From positions 1,984,001 through 2,048,000 of the forward strand of contig OY969585.1 in the NCBI GenBank assembly GCA_963701295.1: DNA of 64,000 nt, read 5' to 3'. Both the position numbers and the translations under genes were made by a program. Positions 62,356 to 64,000 of this stretch are shown here, one piece after another (the first letter of the stretch is position 1; each line of letters begins with the position of its first letter). The DNA is from Ignavibacteriota bacterium. GTDB taxonomy: Bacteria; Bacteroidota; Ignavibacteria; UBA10030. Under the pieces are notes generated by a model. That model saw only the letters and a program-made list of their open reading frames with translations. It did no database searches and was not told the DNA's origin.

Positions 62356-63312
62356 ATGGCGTTATTTGAAACACTCACCAAACTTAAAGCTGGACTTGCA
62401 AAGACAAGGGATTCTATCGTCAATAAGGTGCAGCAGCTTGCAGTAACAAAGAGTAAAATTGATGATGAGCTGTTGAATCAGCTAGAAGAAATCCTTATCG
62501 CAGGTGATGTCGGTGTGGAGACTGCAAACATCATTCTCACGAATCTGAAGCACCGTGTCAAAGAAAATAAATATGAATCGACAACTCAGCTTGTTTTATT
62601 GCTCAAGGAAGAAGTTGCAGCAATTCTTCATGTGAATGATGATAAGAAACCATCATTGACAACATTGCCGGTAGCTTCAAAACCGTATGTTGTGTTGGTT
62701 GTTGGTGTAAATGGTGTCGGAAAGACAACAACGATTGGAAAGATGGCGTATCAGTACCGGCAGGCAGGGCATAAGGTTGTCATCGGTGCTGGTGATACAT
62801 TCCGCGCTGCAGCAAACGAGCAGCTTGAGATCTGGGCACAGCGTGCTGGAGTGGATATCGTTCAACAGTCGCGCGGTTCAGATCCGGCAGCCGTGGCATT
62901 TGACGCGCTCACTTCTGCTCTCTCCCGGCAATCCGATGTTGTCATCATTGATACTGCAGGACGGCTTCACACGAAAACGAACCTCATGGAAGAACTTAAA
63001 AAAATTAGACGAGTGATAGACAAACGATTGCCCGGTGCACCACATGAGGTGCTGTTAGTACTTGATGCATCGACTGGGCAGAATGGGCTGCAACAAGTCA
63101 AATATTTTACTGCCGCAGTTGGTATAACCGGAATTGTGTTAACGAAACTTGATGGCACAGCAAAAGGAGGTATTGTTCTTGCCATCAGTAATGAAATGAA
63201 ATTGCCGGTAAAATTTATCGGTATTGGAGAATGTATTGATGACCTCCAGCTATTTGATCGCCGTGCATTCGTTGATGCGCTGTTTGAGGGCAGTGAGATT
63301 GTAAGCAATTAA
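62356..63312 (+). CDS. ftsY: SRP receptor FtsY
   Basis: GVNGVGKTTTIGK, DTFRAAA, DTAGRL, TKLDGTAKGG. Confidence 0.98.
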   Translation: MALFETLTKLKAGLAKTRDSIVNKVQQLAVTKSKIDDELLNQLEEILIAGDVGVETANIILTNLKHRVKENKYESTTQLVLLLKEEVAAILHVNDDKKPSLTTLPVASKPYVVLVVGVNGVGKTTTIGKMAYQYRQAGHKVVIGAGDTFRAAANEQLEIWAQRAGVDIVQQSRGSDPAAVAFDALTSALSRQSDVVIIDTAGRLHTKTNLMEELKKIRRVIDKRLPGAPHEVLLVLDASTGQNGLQQVKYFTAAVGITGIVLTKLDGTAKGGIVLAISNEMKLPVKFIGIGECIDDLQLFDRRAFVDALFEGSEIVSN

Positions 63313-63319
63313 TTATTCC

Positions 63320-64000
63320 ATGTCTTCTAAAATTCACATACTGACTCCTGAATTATCAAACAAAATTGCTGCTGGCGAAGTTGTACAGCGCCCTGCCTCG
63401 GTAGTGAAGGAATTGATTGAGAACTCGCTCGATGCCAAGGCAACGCACATCAGTATTGTGGTAAGAGATGCGGGAAAAGCATTGATCCAAGTTGTGGATA
63501 ATGGCGAGGGAATGTCGGAACAAGATGCGTCTCTAGCGTTTCGAAGACATGCGACAAGCAAAATTCATTCAGCTCACGATTTAGAAGAGATTAAGACACT
63601 GGGTTTTCGCGGAGAGGCGCTGGCATCGATGACGGCGGTTGCGCAAGTGGAACTCAAAACACGTTCTGAATCGGATGACCTTGCCACGTTTCTCCGGATT
63701 GAGGGTGATGAAGTAAAAGAAAAAACTAAGTCAGCGCTTGAATACGGAACAAGCATCACAGTCCGCAATCTTTTTTATAATACTCCGGCTCGCCGCAACT
63801 TCCTCAAGACCCGGCACACAGAATTAAAGAATATCACTGATGCTATTGTGCGGATGGCTATTGCCTATCCAGAAGTTGAATGGTTCTATACAAGCGACGA
63901 TGAAGTGATGTTCGATTTGAAGTCGAACTCGACCGAAGGAAGAGTGGCCGCCATTTTTGGGAAAGTCCTCTACCAATCTATAATAAAATTTGAAGACGCG
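63320..64000 (+). CDS. mutL: DNA mismatch repair protein MutL (runs off window)
   Basis: Hand translation MSSKIHILTPELSNKIAAGEVVQRPASVVKELIENSLDA...DNGEGM...RHATSK...TLGFRGEALAS. Confidence 0.97.
   Translation, partial: MSSKIHILTPELSNKIAAGEVVQRPASVVKELIENSLDAKATHISIVVRDAGKALIQVVDNGEGMSEQDASLAFRRHATSKIHSAHDLEEIKTLGFRGEALASMTAVAQVELKTRSESDDLATFLRIEGDEVKEKTKSALEYGTSITVRNLFYNTPARRNFLKTRHTELKNITDAIVRMAIAYPEVEWFYTSDDEVMFDLKSNSTEGRVAAIFGKVLYQSIIKFEDA

Overview
Bacterial chromosome segment, almost all on the + strand. It most likely comes from an Ignavibacteria/Chlorobi-side member of the Bacteroidota-Chlorobiota group. This is inferred from T9SS-type C-terminal domain and PorV-family genes, no adk between secY and map, a split atpDC, canonical TTGACA-17-TATATT promoters and real Shine-Dalgarno use. 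Layout: 1-22.4 kb holds the rpoC 3' end, the complete str-S10-spc-alpha ribosomal cluster and engB. 23-33.7 kb is an AT-richer cell-surface block (DUF4397-like lipoprotein, TonB-dependent receptor, large secreted protein split by a 1-nt frameshift, PorV-family barrel), then GWxTD and NHL proteins. 33.7-37.2 kb holds ssb and a cobalamin riboswitch-btuB-DUF6580 unit. 37.5-44.6 kb is a glutamate dehydrogenase locus: NAD-type gdh, a receiver/ATP-grasp dikinase-like protein, a response regulator, NADP-type gdhA and a decayed third GDH. The rest holds fumarase, ybaK, an MgtC-like protein, a protease, a PP2C phosphatase, a deacetylase, an unannotated 57-aa small-protein unit, tRNA-Thr(CGT), mntP, atpDC, an alr remnant, manC, rlpA, a lytic transglycosylase, an OMP, purF, a pgsA-like gene, ftsY and the mutL 5' end. 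Most striking observation: the intact tRNA-Thr sits between perfect 13-bp inverted repeats inside the anticodon arm of a second, disrupted tRNA-Thr-like gene. Related short palindromes occur in the riboswitch and in intergenic DNA. No CRISPR array, rRNA, transposase or integrase was seen. All calls are by eye, without database searches.
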